A stretch of DNA of 64,000 nucleotides from Marsupella aquatica (GCA_973895155.1 OZ316893.1:20712857-20776856); one strand, 5' to 3'. Shown: positions 35,601 through 48,800, numbered from the stretch's first letter. Made by a program: numbers and translations. The notes: a model not told the origin generated them from the sequence alone.

Positions 35601-38600
35601 AAGTTCTGATAGACGGATTCAGGACCATCTATAAGCCAACCCATCGCATCATTACTTTGGCGCACCATGCATTCTACGATGCACAGAGAATACAAAGGAA
35701 CAAAGCAGTGCCTAACGAATCTGTTCAGAAGATCGGCAGTCGAGAACTCTTTCATATACTAATCAGTCTTATTAACCGTGTTCCCAAAATTAAAGAGGCC
35801 AGCTGACTCTATCACCAAGCGACCACACTAGTTTTCAAAATCGCGTCACATTGAAGTTCCCACAGTGCACAGCCTCAGATTCTGTCGAAACAAAAGACAC
35901 ACCTGTTCAGCAATCCCATGCTTCACGCACTCAAGTGCATGATGTGATGCACGACCAATACTTTCTTTAGTTCGCGAGAGGGTCTCCAGCATTCCTGTAA
36001 AAGAGTCTCGAGCAATAGCTGCTTCAGTGGACTCTAAGGGCTGTTCTTCGTCTCTTGATCCTGATGGCTGTGCCCCGCTTACATTATCTTTTCCACTCCT
36101 CCCTCCAACAGAGTCATTAGGTGACAAGAAATCTGCATAGGGGCCCGAAGATTTTGGTGCCTCCTGAGGAATTCCACTCGGTACCTGCTGAACCGGAGAA
36201 ACGAACCTTGAACTCCCTCTTCCTTGAATAGGAGAAGGACTAGTAGCCAGGCCAGGTCCGACCCTGTCTGATACATTCCCTGAATGATCTACCCCAACAG
36301 GCATTTGCCGAGCCTGTCTCTTAGCCTGAGCTGCCGCAATAAGATACTTCAACGACATGGAAGAGGCGGATCCATCCCCCTGCAGGGACTTTTGCTTTGT
36401 CTCCTTAGCAGCTTCAACCCTGTTGGATCGGACGTACACCGCAGTGAGCAATTGGAATAACCCAAGTTCATGCTACACTAGACATGTGCGCAAGAGCACG
36501 TTCTTGCAGGGTAACTCCATCAAAATTCCTCACTAAGAGCTGTAAACCTTACTCAATCATCGTGCCAAGGGCCACTATAAAGGCAGTACTAACAGATCAG
36601 AAACGTAAAACACCTATACTTACGCTTGACGGAGCTTGTTCTCAGGAACTTCTGGCCGTAGTTTCACAGGAGACGTGAATCCTTCCAACTTAACTCCATT
36701 TACCCTCCCAGAGTCAATTGACAGCCCACTTGACAGACCTTTGCCCTTCTCGTTCGGCGTCCCTGGCACAGCCTTGCCAGGAGTATTTGACTGAGAGCTC
36801 GAAAAAGGCTGCTTTACAGACCCCGCCTGGGAGTTTTTGTCTACGTGGAGAGCCTCATCAACTCTTTTCGATTCTGGGCTTGTAAGTGTTCCAGTAGATT
36901 CCTTACGAGGGCTGGTGATGGGCTTTCTTGCTTTATAAGTCTTCAACTTCACATGTGACTTGTCAGTTTGAACCTTTGGTGCATCCCCTGCCTTCCCTTG
37001 TTTATCAGTATAACCCTTTCTATGATCACCTCCTTTGACGTTTGACTTCTCATTTTGCACCTTGGTCAGAGGTCCACTTCCACCAACCTTAGTAGCTGGT
37101 AGAGAGTTACCACGATGTAACTTTGCCGAGAGTTTTCCATCACCCACCTTCTCCTTCTTCACTGTCTCCTTACCGTCAGCTACATTGCTTGGAAGCTTAG
37201 TAAGAGGAGATGAATCCAACACATCCGCTGTAAAGACAGCAGCTCTTGACACACTGCAGCTCTTGCTAAGAGCCGGCACACCTTTCCTTGGTGTAGATTT
37301 TGTCTCGCTTCCTTTTGCGTTCAAAGTGTTTTGCTTCTGCTCGGACCCGTCGTGGGATGCCTGACCACCTTGAATCGCAGCACTCTTACTGTCACCAGGC
37401 TCCCCGACGTGGGTGGAGGCAACTTCAATTTCAGAAGCACCCACGGCTTCAAACGCAGGGTGCCAGCGTTTGGAAGGCGGGAGCACTGCTTCGTCGTCGG
37501 GTAGGCTGCTCCGTATGCGATATTTTGCCGCCTTAGGTGGCAAACTAGTGCCTTTTTCTCGAAGGTCACTACCTTTCAGATCCTTCGCAGAAGTATCTGT
37601 AGGTTTCAAAGTAAGATTTGCTTCCTTTGGACTAGTTCCACCGGCAATTTTTACTTTCTTTGAAGATTTAAAATAAGCCTTTGTTGGCTTGTGCATCCTC
37701 TTCTTCCGCCGATCAGACATCAATCCCGCTGCCTTCCCACATTCGTAATCCTCATCATCATAATCAGAGTCCAAGTCATCGGACTCTTTTGTCTCATCTG
37801 AGTCATCACCTGTGATGATGTTTTCCCTATCCTTACCAGGAAAGCTTCCCTTCTTCCTGGAGTGGGTACTACTGCCTCGTCCCGCTCCCACCCTGCCCCG
37901 GAACTGATTTCTCCCTGATTCGAGGAGGTCCGCGCTATCACTTACTGAGACGGGACTGAGAACCGGAGAGTCGGTTCTTTCCAGGGTCTCCTCTACTAAA
38001 CGGTTCTCTACACATAGTTCTGTGGTGTGCTCCTGGTCATCGTCACTACTACCGACAACAGATTGGTTTCGAAAATCTACCCCACCTCGAGAAGACGCCT
38101 TGGACTGCTGCTTACCAAACCTTCGACCCTTCTTCTGGAGAGGTGACTCCAAACGTACATCATCGTCCTCCATGTCATCCTCCATGCCAGCCCCTGACAA
38201 CACCACTGCCTTCGACGACCCAGGAGCTCCACCATTCCGCATGGCCTCGCCGCGGTTCTTGTAACGTCTCTGCTTGTACTTTTTATTCTTGTGAAATTTG
38301 CCACGAGAAACCACAATTGGTTGTGGAGGCTTCTTCTCCACTGACTGATTCAGCCTCTTCAAAGCTTTACCAAATGCTGCTCTCCTGGTCGGCTGCGCTC
38401 CTCCTTTAGGGCTTTCGGTGATAGGAGGAGTTGGCTGTTTCTCAACTATTGGAATGACTTCCATCGGTTTCTCCACATCAATTACGGTCTTTCTTACTTT
38501 CTTCCTATAGTAATGCACTTGATCAGCATCAAACGAGTCTCCTCCTTTGACACTAACCTGGCTAGGTTTGCTTCCCAAGGTACTAATGGCAGTTGGTACA

Positions 38601-40033
38601 TCAGCTTCATCTTGCTTGCCTTCATCCAATCTTTGGCCATCGTTTCTGGGATTGACTTTGGCAACCTCTGCTTCCGGTTCTCTGTGTGGCTTAGATTCAC
38701 TCCCCTCTTTGAGTCCAAGACCTCCCGTAGACCTATCGTCGAAAGACCTTGCGCCGGGTGAGGCCGGATCCGAGTCCTCCTTTACATCACTCCCTTCAAC
38801 GTCCGTTACTCCTACCTTGTCATTGGCGTGGGGGAGGTTTCCGTCTTCTTGTTGCTCCTCGTTTGCCCGTATAACTTCATCCATGTCAACTTGATTTTCA
38901 TCCTTTCGCTCGTCATCAGCTTTACAAATCTCTTGGATTGCTTTGCCAAGACCTTGAGGTAGACTCTTCTGTTGTAGCTTACCAATGAGGCCACTCCGTT
39001 CTCGAGGCGTGAACGGAAGAATTTCACTGTAGTGGCAGTGACGACTGTAAACCAAAGACAGACGACTTTCAGTCTTTGGCAGAAGAGCTCCACAAGACAT
39101 GCGACTTCAAGTCCGAGGCGGAAGACCAAACAAGAGCTAAGCGGTCAGATAACTCACACTTGGTTGGTTCCGAAGAAGCACACGAAAATCTTGTTCGGAT
39201 TCCGATTGGGAGGCCACCCGCATGACTCAGCGTTGCTTATCTGTCAAAGGGCAACGTAAATCAGTCCACGGATCATAGCTGGGATTGAGAACCTTGACAC
39301 AAACTTAGAGTACATTACCAGCTGGGTGACCACCTTCACTTGCAAGTCTAGAGAATATTAGGGCAGAAGCTTGGCGAAATAACTGCAGGGACGGCTAAAT
39401 TAAGATGGGTGTACTGCTGCACACAACACAAAGTCTACGGAGTGACCCGATAAGGAAAGTGACGGTGAGACGGTACGAATGGTGCAACAGAACTATAAAA
39501 CTGACGACTCTGTCCGCACAACAACAGCGACTACTCACCTAGCGATAGGTATTTTAGCTCGAATAGAAAGGATAAGCAATACCTTTTTAAAGAACTCAAA
39601 ACGGCAAAGCTCCAAGAGGATTCCTAATTTGACCTAAATCTCAACACACTTACAGGTCTGACAGGAAGACATGGTACAGAATGAGCATATCATATTATGT
39701 CTACGGGGATACAAACAGAACCGTCTACTTCATTGTCTCAGTAATCGCGCTCGGGCACATTCAAATGGAACCCTAAACGACAATTGGATAGAACGCCCCA
39801 CACCCTCAGAAGGTCCGTAACCTAAGTGAGCGGAGAGCTGTGCTAGACACCACGCAACATGTTCGACGAAAAATAAACGACAAACCAGTCGAGTCTGATA
39901 TGACGCTCCCTACCTTAGCCGGCCACGCTGGATAGCCCTTAACTTTCGCGAGGACCAACTCCCCTTCATTCCACTCCCGTCTCGCCGCGGCAGCCTTCAA
40001 AGCGCTACCCCCTTTCTTCCGGCCCGGCGCCAT
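32653..40033 (-). CDS. HUA2: HUA2/HULK-family protein (PWWP domain, long disordered region, CID/RPR domain, Pro-rich C-terminus), about 10 coding exons
   Basis: Start MAPGRKKGG...GELVLAKVKGYPAWPAK (40033-39914), then IFVCFFGTNQ; CID motifs MLETLSRTKESIGRAS, HRRVDLFFLVDSITQCSH, ARENRRQCLK|VLKLWLERGILPE; RSERAVDDPLREMEGMFVDEYG; LEAVDGELEMEDVSP; poly-Pro; last exon ...PTPTQWRPS* (stop 32655-32653); GT-AG introns. Confidence 0.93.
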
Positions 40034-40984
40034 TGCCTTTGCGTTGCAACCCAACGGTCCACCTTTGTCATGAGAACTAGAGAAAGAAATGACAGGGAAG
40101 CAGGAAGGAGAGCCCCGACCTCCCTCTCCCTCACAAATTGATTTCCGACAAGAGCCCAATTCACTCTCACAAACAACAACGATGACGACGACGATGAAAG
40201 TGATGCAAAAAACACCGCACACACCCCGGTGTTGCTCCTGCTGCTGCTGCTAGAAAGAACGTCAGTCAGAAACCTAACGTACGAACGCAATCCCCGGCCA
40301 ACAAACACGACCACCACACCACACCACGGGGAGGAACAGGAACACCACCCACCCGAACGGAACGACCAGCGACGACAACATCACCGATGGGGACGAAGAC
40401 GCAGAACGACGACAAGCGCTGGAGGGCATAGCAGTAGCACCAGCAGCAGCAGCAGTAGTCCTATCCCGTTGCTCGAGCACCATTCCGCCCCGCGAGGCAT
40501 ATGCAACACATAGGCCGACGAGAACCTCTACACTTTCTACACCACCAACAACATCTACACATCCGACTCAAATCCCCTCTACTCCTCCTCCTCCCTACCC
40601 AGTACTTCTCGCGGTCTTCTCTTCACAGATCGTTTGATTGTACGCACTTCTTCTTCATCACGCTAGGGTTGCCCATGCCATCCAGTAGGTGCTGGTCGTG
40701 ACAAAGTAGCAACAAAAACCTCGTTGGCCCGAACATATACACGCATGCTGCATATGCTTCTACACGAGACGAGGAGAGGAGAGAGGGGCGAAACAACGGA
40801 GTTGGAAAACGCCATCCACAAAGCAGTACAGTAGCTACTAGAGTACTTACTACTCCTACTGTACTACTCCGCCCCGACTCCCCCCCGACTGTAACATGCT
40901 CACGGAGTTCGAGCAGGGCCACCGGCCACGATGGCCCTCGGCCGGGTTGAGCGGGGCCAGGCGGGGCCGACGTGTCCTTCGTGT

Positions 40985-41580
40985 TTTCTTTTTCGTTTTT
41001 TCTCATTGACTTATTCAACTTTTATTGAACCTGTCCCACATACTACTCCATGTTACTAATGTGCTCTCAAAACAAAATTATTTACTCCATGTTACAAATG
41101 TGCTCTCAAAACAAAATGATTTATCAATGCATCCTCATTTTGTATTTGGGTTTGTATTAACTTATATGTGGGTTCTCATTTCCATTGGCAAGTTGTTACT
41201 GGCTAGACTTAAACCATCATGACACCCTAGTGTCCCCTTGTTCCGGGGCAGTCACAGGTTTTGGGAGGGGCAAAAACATTCAAATTTTTGCTCCACACTC
41301 CCCTCACTAACACTCAACACTTTTGGCCCTCAGTTTTCCTCAAGGAAAGGAAACACAGTGGGGAAGGGGAAGCGGGGCCAAGGGGCACAACAGGTTAAGG
41401 CTAGCCAGTAGCAACTCACCACGTGGCAACAAGAACTCACACATGAGTTAATGTTAACCCAAATACAAAATGGGGGACGTGTTGATAAATAATTTTACTT
41501 GGGGCCACATTAGTAGTATTGGATAGTTTGAGGGACAGGTAGTAAAAAGCTGTTTAGTCATTTGAAGAAAAGACAGCAAA
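40985..41580. mobile_element. Foldback/MITE-like inverted repeat (~600 bp) upstream of HUA2
   Basis: Left arm ...ACCTGTCCC...CATTTTGTATTTGGGTT...AGTTGTTACTGGCTAG... pairs with right arm ...CTAGCCAGTAGCAACT...AACCCAAATACAAAATG...GGGACAGGT... Confidence 0.8.
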
Positions 41581-42710
41581 GTAAAACTGAAATCCCCATG
41601 GACCCCAAAGTTCACTGACTTACTCTTCATGAATGTCCTCCTAAATTACCATTGTATGTCCTTACATGATCAAATTGAGCATGTGATTTGGAAATGATTC
41701 AGTAGTGTAAATTCATTGCACTCTATACCCTTGGGAGCTAACTTGCTGTATATTTTGGGACACCAGGCACAATCATGGGCTAGTGTAAGATCAACTTCTT
41801 TCATAAGAAAATGCATTCTAGGAATATTCCAAGTTTAATGACATGTTTTAGTTTATAAAGGGTTTGAGAATACCTTATTTTACCATCTAGGGTTATAAGA
41901 GCAATCGCTACACAACTAAAAAGTATAAATTTTGAATCCATTGCACATGGTTGATTCTGGAAGTCAATACCATATTATCCAGAATAATAATCATAATGTA
42001 TAGTGGTTATCCTCCCTTATTTCAAACATAGGGCAGAGCCATTAGTTTTACTATAGCTTAGTAGAAACAAGTTAGCAATAGCTTAGGTCTGAGATAATAG
42101 TACAACAGGTAACAACTAAAGAAGGTGAAAATGCTTGGTGATCAGCCATGCACACCACTCCCACTCTTCTTGCCAAATGCATTGCGGGGGGAGTAACTAT
42201 AGCAGTGAAATGGTTTGCTACCATGCCACAAGAATTCCAACAACATCAGAGATTTAATAGTACCCCTGAGATTAAAGACCCGTCAAAAGTGATCAAGTTT
42301 CCTGGTACTATGTACTATTTCATGGAAAGTCTTAGATTGACTAATAGCGACGACAAAAACAATAATACTCTTTATGTTACATAACACAACATGGTTTCTC
42401 TCAACTCATTGAAGTGGTGTGCAGAATTTTGGCCACAAGAATTGGTGGAGACAGATTCCACTTTGGCATTCTAATCACATTGTCACACTCTCAGACTAAG
42501 AGTGCCTTACCACAGAGCAATTGACAAAACTAAGTGCACCAAGCAAGAAGTAGAAGTGCTAGCAAGTATAAAATAGATTCAAGGTACTAACAAGCATAAA
42601 ATACATACTTGGAACGTTCACTGTAAAGAGTGCAACCCAGGCAAAGCCCATCACTTACCTTACCTTGCTTGGACCCCACTTTAGATCCAAAATTGTTGGT
42701 GAAGCAACCA

Positions 42711-44890
42711 TGTTGAAGGTGTCACTCTGAATATTTGTCGCTCTGATATTGTAACCGTATAGATATATGTAGACAGTTTAGGTTGCCTTCGTTACGTTAG
42801 TTAGCTCTATTGGAGAAGTCCGCGCTCGAGACAAAAGTGGCACCTGGAAGTTCCTCAAAAGTATTAAATGATGTAGGGCTTGGGACCCTCCATTCAAGTG
42901 TCGTTGAATTCTGTTCAACAGCCCAGGGACTTCGTTCCGAAATATCATTCAAATTCAATGACACCTAGCTTGCTGTCATTTTTCTTCCACGTAGTTAGAT
43001 GCCGCAGTTTTTCTTCGACCTACTTAGATGTACGTTGCAGCTATTGACTTTCACACTTGGTTGCCAGCAAGTCCACGCCCTGCACATTCCACCTTAGTTG
43101 GGCTGCGCCTCAATGTGCTCTGGTCCCTCTGTGCTCCTGTTGTTGCAATTAATGAATCGATCGCAAATCTTTGAGAGCAGATCTGAGTCTTGTGTGCATG
43201 CATTTTATGCCTCATGTGTGAGTGTGTTTGTAGTTTCACAGGTTATGGGAAGTTTTCAACTCCAACTACAATTCACATTGTTCTATCTCAATAGTCAATT
43301 TTACTCTCCTGATCTCTTTGTATCACCTCGATCCAATTTGTCCAAGTTCTACATTTCTTTCTCTCCAAGTCTAGAATCTCCTTTTTGTTTGGTTTTGATG
43401 GGTAGTACTTCCATTGACTACAACAGCCACCTCATAGCAAAGCTCTAAAGTAGTCAGAATTTCTCCACATGGAAAATTCTATGCACTTCAACCCTCAAGG
43501 CTTCAAGTGCCTGGAAGTTCATCGACGCTACTGCAATAGAACCAGTCAAGGATGATGTTGAGAAAGAGTATCAGTTTGCTGAAGCCTGGAACTTTATCAC
43601 TCTTGTGTTGACCAAGCTTGCACTTGTCAACTTGCAAACCTCACATTCAACAAACACTAGCTTGCGTACATTGCATCAACAAAGGATTGTTGGGACAAGG
43701 TCCTAGCAATGTAAGATGCAAAAGGCCTTATTCATCTCCAGCACATCTGGGCTGGATTTGTGCATTGTACTTACCAAGGCGAAGATATTGAGGATTTGTG
43801 TGCAAAATTCTGTGCCAATGTTGATAAATGCCACACTGCAGGCATTACTACTCAAGAGAAGATTCAAGTGCTACATTTTGTTACCATTCTTGATTCTCAT
43901 TTCGAACATTGGATTGCCAACAAGAGGGAACAGATGCACCCTGATTCCACTAATCTTCCTACCTTGAACTCATTGATTAACGAAGTCGTGGATGAGTCTT
44001 GTATGAGCAGGGAACGTACTGCTCTTCAAGCGATGACAAATTGTGCATCTCCTCGTTGGCTCTTTAGTGAGTATGGAGAAAATCCCTTAGTTACCTATTA
44101 ATATGGGTAATGGCTCCGTGACCTCACTAGGATAAGGAGTCATCCACTTGATGGTTTGGAGATCCAAAGGTGACTACAAACGAGTCTCACTATCCAATGT
44201 GCACTACACGCCCTCAAGTTTTCTTAACAAAATTTTGGAAGATATCCTTGAGCAACATGGTGTCAGCTGGCGTAGTGAACTCCAACAATTCATTCATCTA
44301 CCGTCAGGCACAAAGTTTGCTGGAGTGAAGAAGCAAAATGGTCCCACAATGCTTGATGTTCATATTCCTCTTTCCTCACGGTGTCATGCCATTTTACTTC
44401 CCCAATATGTGCTTGATCTCAACATCTTACATAGACCTTGACACATCTACACATTGATGGCATCATACAACTCTCACGTAAGCAACATTTTTCAATAAAT
44501 GTTAATGTTCCATTTCTTCCTTGCCAAGCATGCTCTTTAGCAAAACCTACCAAGATTATTTGCCGTATTGCACATGAGCGCACTACTTGGCCATTCCAAT
44601 GCATTCATGTGGACTTGTGTGGAAAGATGACTACTACCGACATTGGACGCAAACACTACTTCTAGTTGCCTCGCTTGTTGTTCATTGATGATTTTCCCGC
44701 TATTGATGGGCGGTAAGTCTTTTAGACAAAGGTAAAGTATTCTTGGCACTACAACACTTTTTCAAATTTGTCCACACTCAATATCAATCTAACATCTCTG
44801 AGCTTTAGATTGACAATCGTACCAAGGTTGGAGGCAAACAACTCATTGAGTTTTTGGAGAATTGTGGATGTCTTCTCATCTTGTTGGCAC
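42711..44890 (+). mobile_element. Degenerate, 3'-truncated Ty1/copia retrotransposon (5' LTR ~42711-43240, PBS, gag-PR-IN remnants)
   Basis: TGTTGAA...TTTCACA followed directly by GGTTATGGG; gag-like NFSTWK..LKASSAWKFI; protease-region MGNG..VSLSNVHYTP; pre-integrase CQACSLAK; integrase PFQCIHVDLCG..LFIDDF; many stops and frameshifts. The LTR start is approximate. Confidence 0.85.
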
Positions 44891-44946
44891 TACAGGTAAA
44901 ACGGGAAAATTTGGTTTTACCCGACAATTTCTAACCTAGTGTCTAG

Positions 44947-45092
44947 TGATAATGCCCCCTGTACTGTAGGTTGTCAAGTGCATTTTCCCTCTACCCAACA
45001 CTGGCATGTTGTACAAATCAAACTGATAATGCCCCTTGTAGGTTGTCAAGTGAATTGTCTCTCTCCCAAACATTGCACGGTGAACAAATCAT
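44947..45092. repeat. ~77-bp tandem duplication
   Basis: TGATAATGCCCC..TGTAGGTTGTCAAGTG...ACAAATCA twice. Confidence 0.75.
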
Positions 45093-46410
45093 ACAACCAA
45101 AACAACAACTAATGTCTTAAAGATCCTAGGAACCAACTTCAGGTAAACCCACAGTTAGGAGGACCTCTTTCCCCTTCAATGCTTCAATGCTTAGCCCAAG
45201 AAAGATGTAAAAGGAAACCATAGCTAAGCACCTACAGTAAGCCTTGTCATGAAAGAATTGATTCAAAACAACAGAATAACATGAGTACTGCCTAATTTAC
45301 ATCTTATTATTAGGATTAACTCTTAGGTCTAGAGTTACGACTGTACCGCAATTATGGCTAGCCTTAGTCGCATACTAGGTTAGGTTAGTCATGCTATGCA
45401 TACACTATACCCAAATGGTGTTTACTTGGATAGTGGAAACTCAGGCTCATTGTTGTGGAGCCAGTTGCGAGATAGGGAGAGCTTGTGTTGTGGATGTTTG
45501 GTATGGTCGGTTGGCCTAGAATGCAATAAAATTCTTGTATATTCTCATGGACGTAGCCTCATGAGGAGATGAACCATCTCTTGGAGTTGATTACTTGTGC
45601 GTTGTATGATTTATGGGTTTGTTGGTTGCGATTATTGTCTATGCTCAACACTTATTAGTAAAGTGCAATTGAAACCTACTCTTCAAGTTTATTGGCTTAG
45701 AAACCTCTAGACCGGTGACTCTAAAGGATAATTCAAGGTGCATATAGAAAACAAAGATGGAGGCAAAGAGGGACCCAAAATGAGTAAATTGTTTTGACAA
45801 AATGTGACCTTGCACTTGAGGTGACTTTACCAAGAAAGTTCCACCAAAGTTTTGACAAAATAGTCTTACAGAATTTTTTACAGAATGTTTTACAGGGAAC
45901 ATGGATGAATGAGAAATAATCATTAATTTTTTTTGCAAGATTTTCTGGTCTCATATCTACTTACACTCTAAGGGGATAATTGAAAGTGCATAAAGAAGCA
46001 CGGATTGGGGCAAAGATGAACACTAAATAATGGGTTTTCTTTGTTGTTGTTAAGATTTATTGGTCTCATCTCCATTTTTGAAGGGGTAATCAGGCTAGTA
46101 CTGGAGTAGTCCCTATCTTCCAAAGATTTTGCAGCTCAACAGATCCAACAGATGGAAACAACCGAAACAACAGATAATGTCATAAAGACCCTACAGGTAA
46201 ATCCACAGTTTGGATGACCTCTTTTCCTTCAACATTTCAAGGCTTAGCCCAAAGCATAGGTCGAAGGAAGCCATAGCTAAGCACTTACAGTAGGACTGGC
46301 TGTGAAAGAATTGATGCACAGTAACGGATTAACATCGAGTACTGTCTAATGTACATACTACAGGATTGCATATCTTTCCTGAGATTTTGCAGCTCAACAG
46401 ATCCATCAAT
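45093..46410. repeat. Diverged direct repeats downstream of the UGT (45093-45302 ~ 46158-46355; 46114-46150 ~ 46371-46408), with a solo LTR between them
   Basis: Shared CAGGTAAA.CCACAGTT.GGA.GACCTCTTT, GCTTAGCCCAA, CCATAGCTAAGCAC.TACAGTA, GAAAGAATTGAT, GAGTACTG.CTAAT; AGATTTTGCAGCTCAACAGATCCA twice. Confidence 0.75.
45308..45650 (+). mobile_element. Solo LTR (family A) with perfect TSD
   Basis: TATTAG (degenerate TGTTAG)...CTCAACA, flanked by CTTAT on both sides; colinear with 5557-5905. Confidence 0.85.
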
Positions 46411-46600
46411 TGGAATAATATCGACACAAACGCCCCCTCAGAAATTCTGCGCTTGCTGTGCAGTTTGATGAAGAGTGATGATCAATTCCAACAGTGGTCT
46501 AAAAGAAGTGGATGGATCCTTGCTCAAAGCTTTCTCTGACGAGAAGTATGCTGATCTGCGTGCACAGAGATCGATCAATGTGTGCGTGTGTTCGGACAGT

Positions 46601-48085
46601 TTAGTTCAATTGATTTGGAGACAATGAGCAAGAACTGATAGCCTCGACGAGTTCCTGAAGAAATCTCGATTGAGATCCGCCCCCGCCCATTGCTGCTGTG
46701 GCCTTCCTTTTGAGCTCCTCTGCCCTGCTTCTCATTGCTCTCCCTTCCGAGTCTACCATCACACGGCGCACTGCCCTCTCGACCTCGTTCCGCTTCACAC
46801 TGTTCCCTTCTCCTGTTTGAAGGTGTTCGGCAACCTCCAGATTGTGGACCAGATATGTGCAATTGAGATACTGCTCTGCGCACTGCGGCCAAACGATCAT
46901 CGGTAGCCCAAAGCTGACGCTTTCTAGAGAGGAATTCCACCCGCAGTGAGTCATGAATCCACCCGTAGATGAATGAGCTAGGATTTTCAACTGAGGTGCC
47001 CAGCCAGTCACGATAAGACCACGATCACCTACTCGTCCTTGGAAACCTGGTGGAAGAACTTCGGTAATCGAGGAGGGCGACTCTGACTCCGAGTGACTGT
47101 TCTTCAGTGGACACACCCACAAGAACCGCTGGTTGCTGGCCTCCAGTCCATAGGCCAGTTCTTCCGTCTGCTCTCGACTGAGGTTGACCTTGCTTCCGAA
47201 AGCTACATAGAGGACCGAAGCGGAAGGCTGGGAGTCGAGCCAACGTAGGCAGTTGGTGCCTGGATCTTGTAATCCATTAACGTTGCTCGAATTTGGGAGG
47301 TCCGTCATCGAGAATAGGGGACCGATAGGGTAAATCTTGGGCGTCACCTTGATGTGCTCATCATGTCCAAGGTGCCCCCAATTTTCGAACGATTCAATTA
47401 CCTTCTCTTCCAGCTCAAAGAACGAATTGACTAGAACGCCGTCTGACTTCCTCATTGACTCAGCGATTTGCCGGTACGAAGAAGGGTTTCTTCGGATAAC
47501 ATTGTCGAGTTCAGAGAAACGCAAACGAGGAAGACCAGGGATACAAACTGTCCAATCAAATTCAACTAGCTTGCCATCCGTTTCTGAGATTTGAAATTGG
47601 CCACGCTCGAAATAGACTAGAGAGCCTTGGATTGACCTCGCAAAGATTACTCCCGATGGGATAAACACATATCTTGGAACTTGCAATTTCTCGGCTACAT
47701 CCAAACACCAGGGGAGAAACATATCCCAGATTATGCACGTAGGACCCAAAGCGCCCGCGTTCTTATCACGAATCAGTTTCTCCATGATCGGCTCCAAAGC
47801 AGCTTTCATCAAATGTTTCCTTGTAGACCCTACCACCTCTATGCAAGGTAGATGCAGAGTGACGAACCGGAAATTGGGAATTTGCAATTCCGGCGATGAA
47901 TCATCATGTCCCGACGAAGTAAGGCGCGGAATCGAGTCCTCGTTGCATACAAAGGAGACGGTGATGCCTTTGAGGGCTAGCTGAGTCGAGAATCTCAGCA
48001 TCGGAGTCACATGTCCCACCAACGGGTACGAGATGGCGAGCACATGTGGAGGAGCAGCAGCATGATCGCCAAAGTGAGACGACAT
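46601..48085 (-). CDS. Family-1 UDP-glycosyltransferase (494 aa, intronless)
   Basis: N-terminal HVLAISYPLVGHVTPM (catalytic His), CIIWDMF, WLDSQPSASVLYVAFGS, complete PSPG box WAPQLKILAHSSTGGFMTHCGWNSSLESVSFGLPMIVWPQCAEQ. Confidence 0.96.
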   Translation of the reverse strand: MSSHFGDHAAAPPHVLAISYPLVGHVTPMLRFSTQLALKGITVSFVCNEDSIPRLTSSGHDDSSPELQIPNFRFVTLHLPCIEVVGSTRKHLMKAALEPIMEKLIRDKNAGALGPTCIIWDMFLPWCLDVAEKLQVPRYVFIPSGVIFARSIQGSLVYFERGQFQISETDGKLVEFDWTVCIPGLPRLRFSELDNVIRRNPSSYRQIAESMRKSDGVLVNSFFELEEKVIESFENWGHLGHDEHIKVTPKIYPIGPLFSMTDLPNSSNVNGLQDPGTNCLRWLDSQPSASVLYVAFGSKVNLSREQTEELAYGLEASNQRFLWVCPLKNSHSESESPSSITEVLPPGFQGRVGDRGLIVTGWAPQLKILAHSSTGGFMTHCGWNSSLESVSFGLPMIVWPQCAEQYLNCTYLVHNLEVAEHLQTGEGNSVKRNEVERAVRRVMVDSEGRAMRSRAEELKRKATAAMGGGGSQSRFLQELVEAISSCSLSPNQLN

Positions 48086-48504
48086 GTCTCGAAAGCAATT
48101 CGATCGCTGTCTATGAGCTTTGTCGAATACAGAGGGAGCAATTGGGATTTTTTTTTGCCAAGCTTGATCACGGCTGCATCTTCAGAAGAAGTCTTCATAC
48201 CCCCACTATTTTGGAGCCTTGGGTTCTCGCTGAACTGGATTTCGTGATGAATGACTACAGCAGACAACACCACCGACATGAAGAGTTCAGCACTATTCCT
48301 TGTGATGGACCAAAACGAGGTACAATAATAGGTTCGTGCAGGCAGGCTTTAATTTATACTCGGGAAACGAGTGAAGAGAATTGGCCAGCAAGCAGCCAGA
48401 ATATGATATGGTCTACACTCTATGGTAAAGCTCTGTCACGAGGGAGGCCTTTTAGGCGTATATACCATCTAGATTGCAATGTGAGTGCTGGGGGGCAAAT
48501 AATT

Positions 48505-48800
48505 GATAGTCAATTTTGGAAAAGGGGTGTTTGGAATCATTTGCATTAGTCAGTACCCATGGGAAGCTCCTTCTGAAATCCCTGGTAACGAATGCTTGTG
48601 TTAATTTGCATTGGTTGGTACTCATGGAAAGCTCCTTCTAAAAAATCCCAGGTAACACATTCTTATGTTAATTTTGGGACGGGTGTTTGGAACCCATTCA
48701 ATTGGTTAGGACCCCATGGGAAGCTCCTTCAAAAAATCCTGGTAATAAATTCTTCAGTGTGGGATCCCCATGGGTAGTTCTTTCCTAAAGTCCTGGAAAC
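48505..48800. repeat. Degenerate tandem repeat (3-4 units) upstream of the UGT
   Basis: Recurrent CCCATGG(G/A)AAGCTCCTTC..AAATCC..GGTAA and GGGTGTTTGGAA. Confidence 0.8.

Noticed and set aside
33051-39259. Many overlapping and antisense ORFs inside HUA2
   Set aside because: Shadows of long coding exons, with no independent motifs.
39806-40222. Extended HUA2 N-terminus from the 138-aa ORF
   Set aside because: Family similarity starts at MAPGRKKG (40033); the upstream part is likely 5' UTR and the downstream part runs into intron 1.
44888-44905. CACTACAGGTAAAA as a CACTA terminus truncating the copia
   Set aside because: No matching opposite TIR with a 3-bp TSD was found.
11325-48085. Biosynthetic gene cluster of GH31 and UGT
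   Set aside because: They are 30 kb apart, separated by HUA2, with no scaffold-forming enzyme visible.
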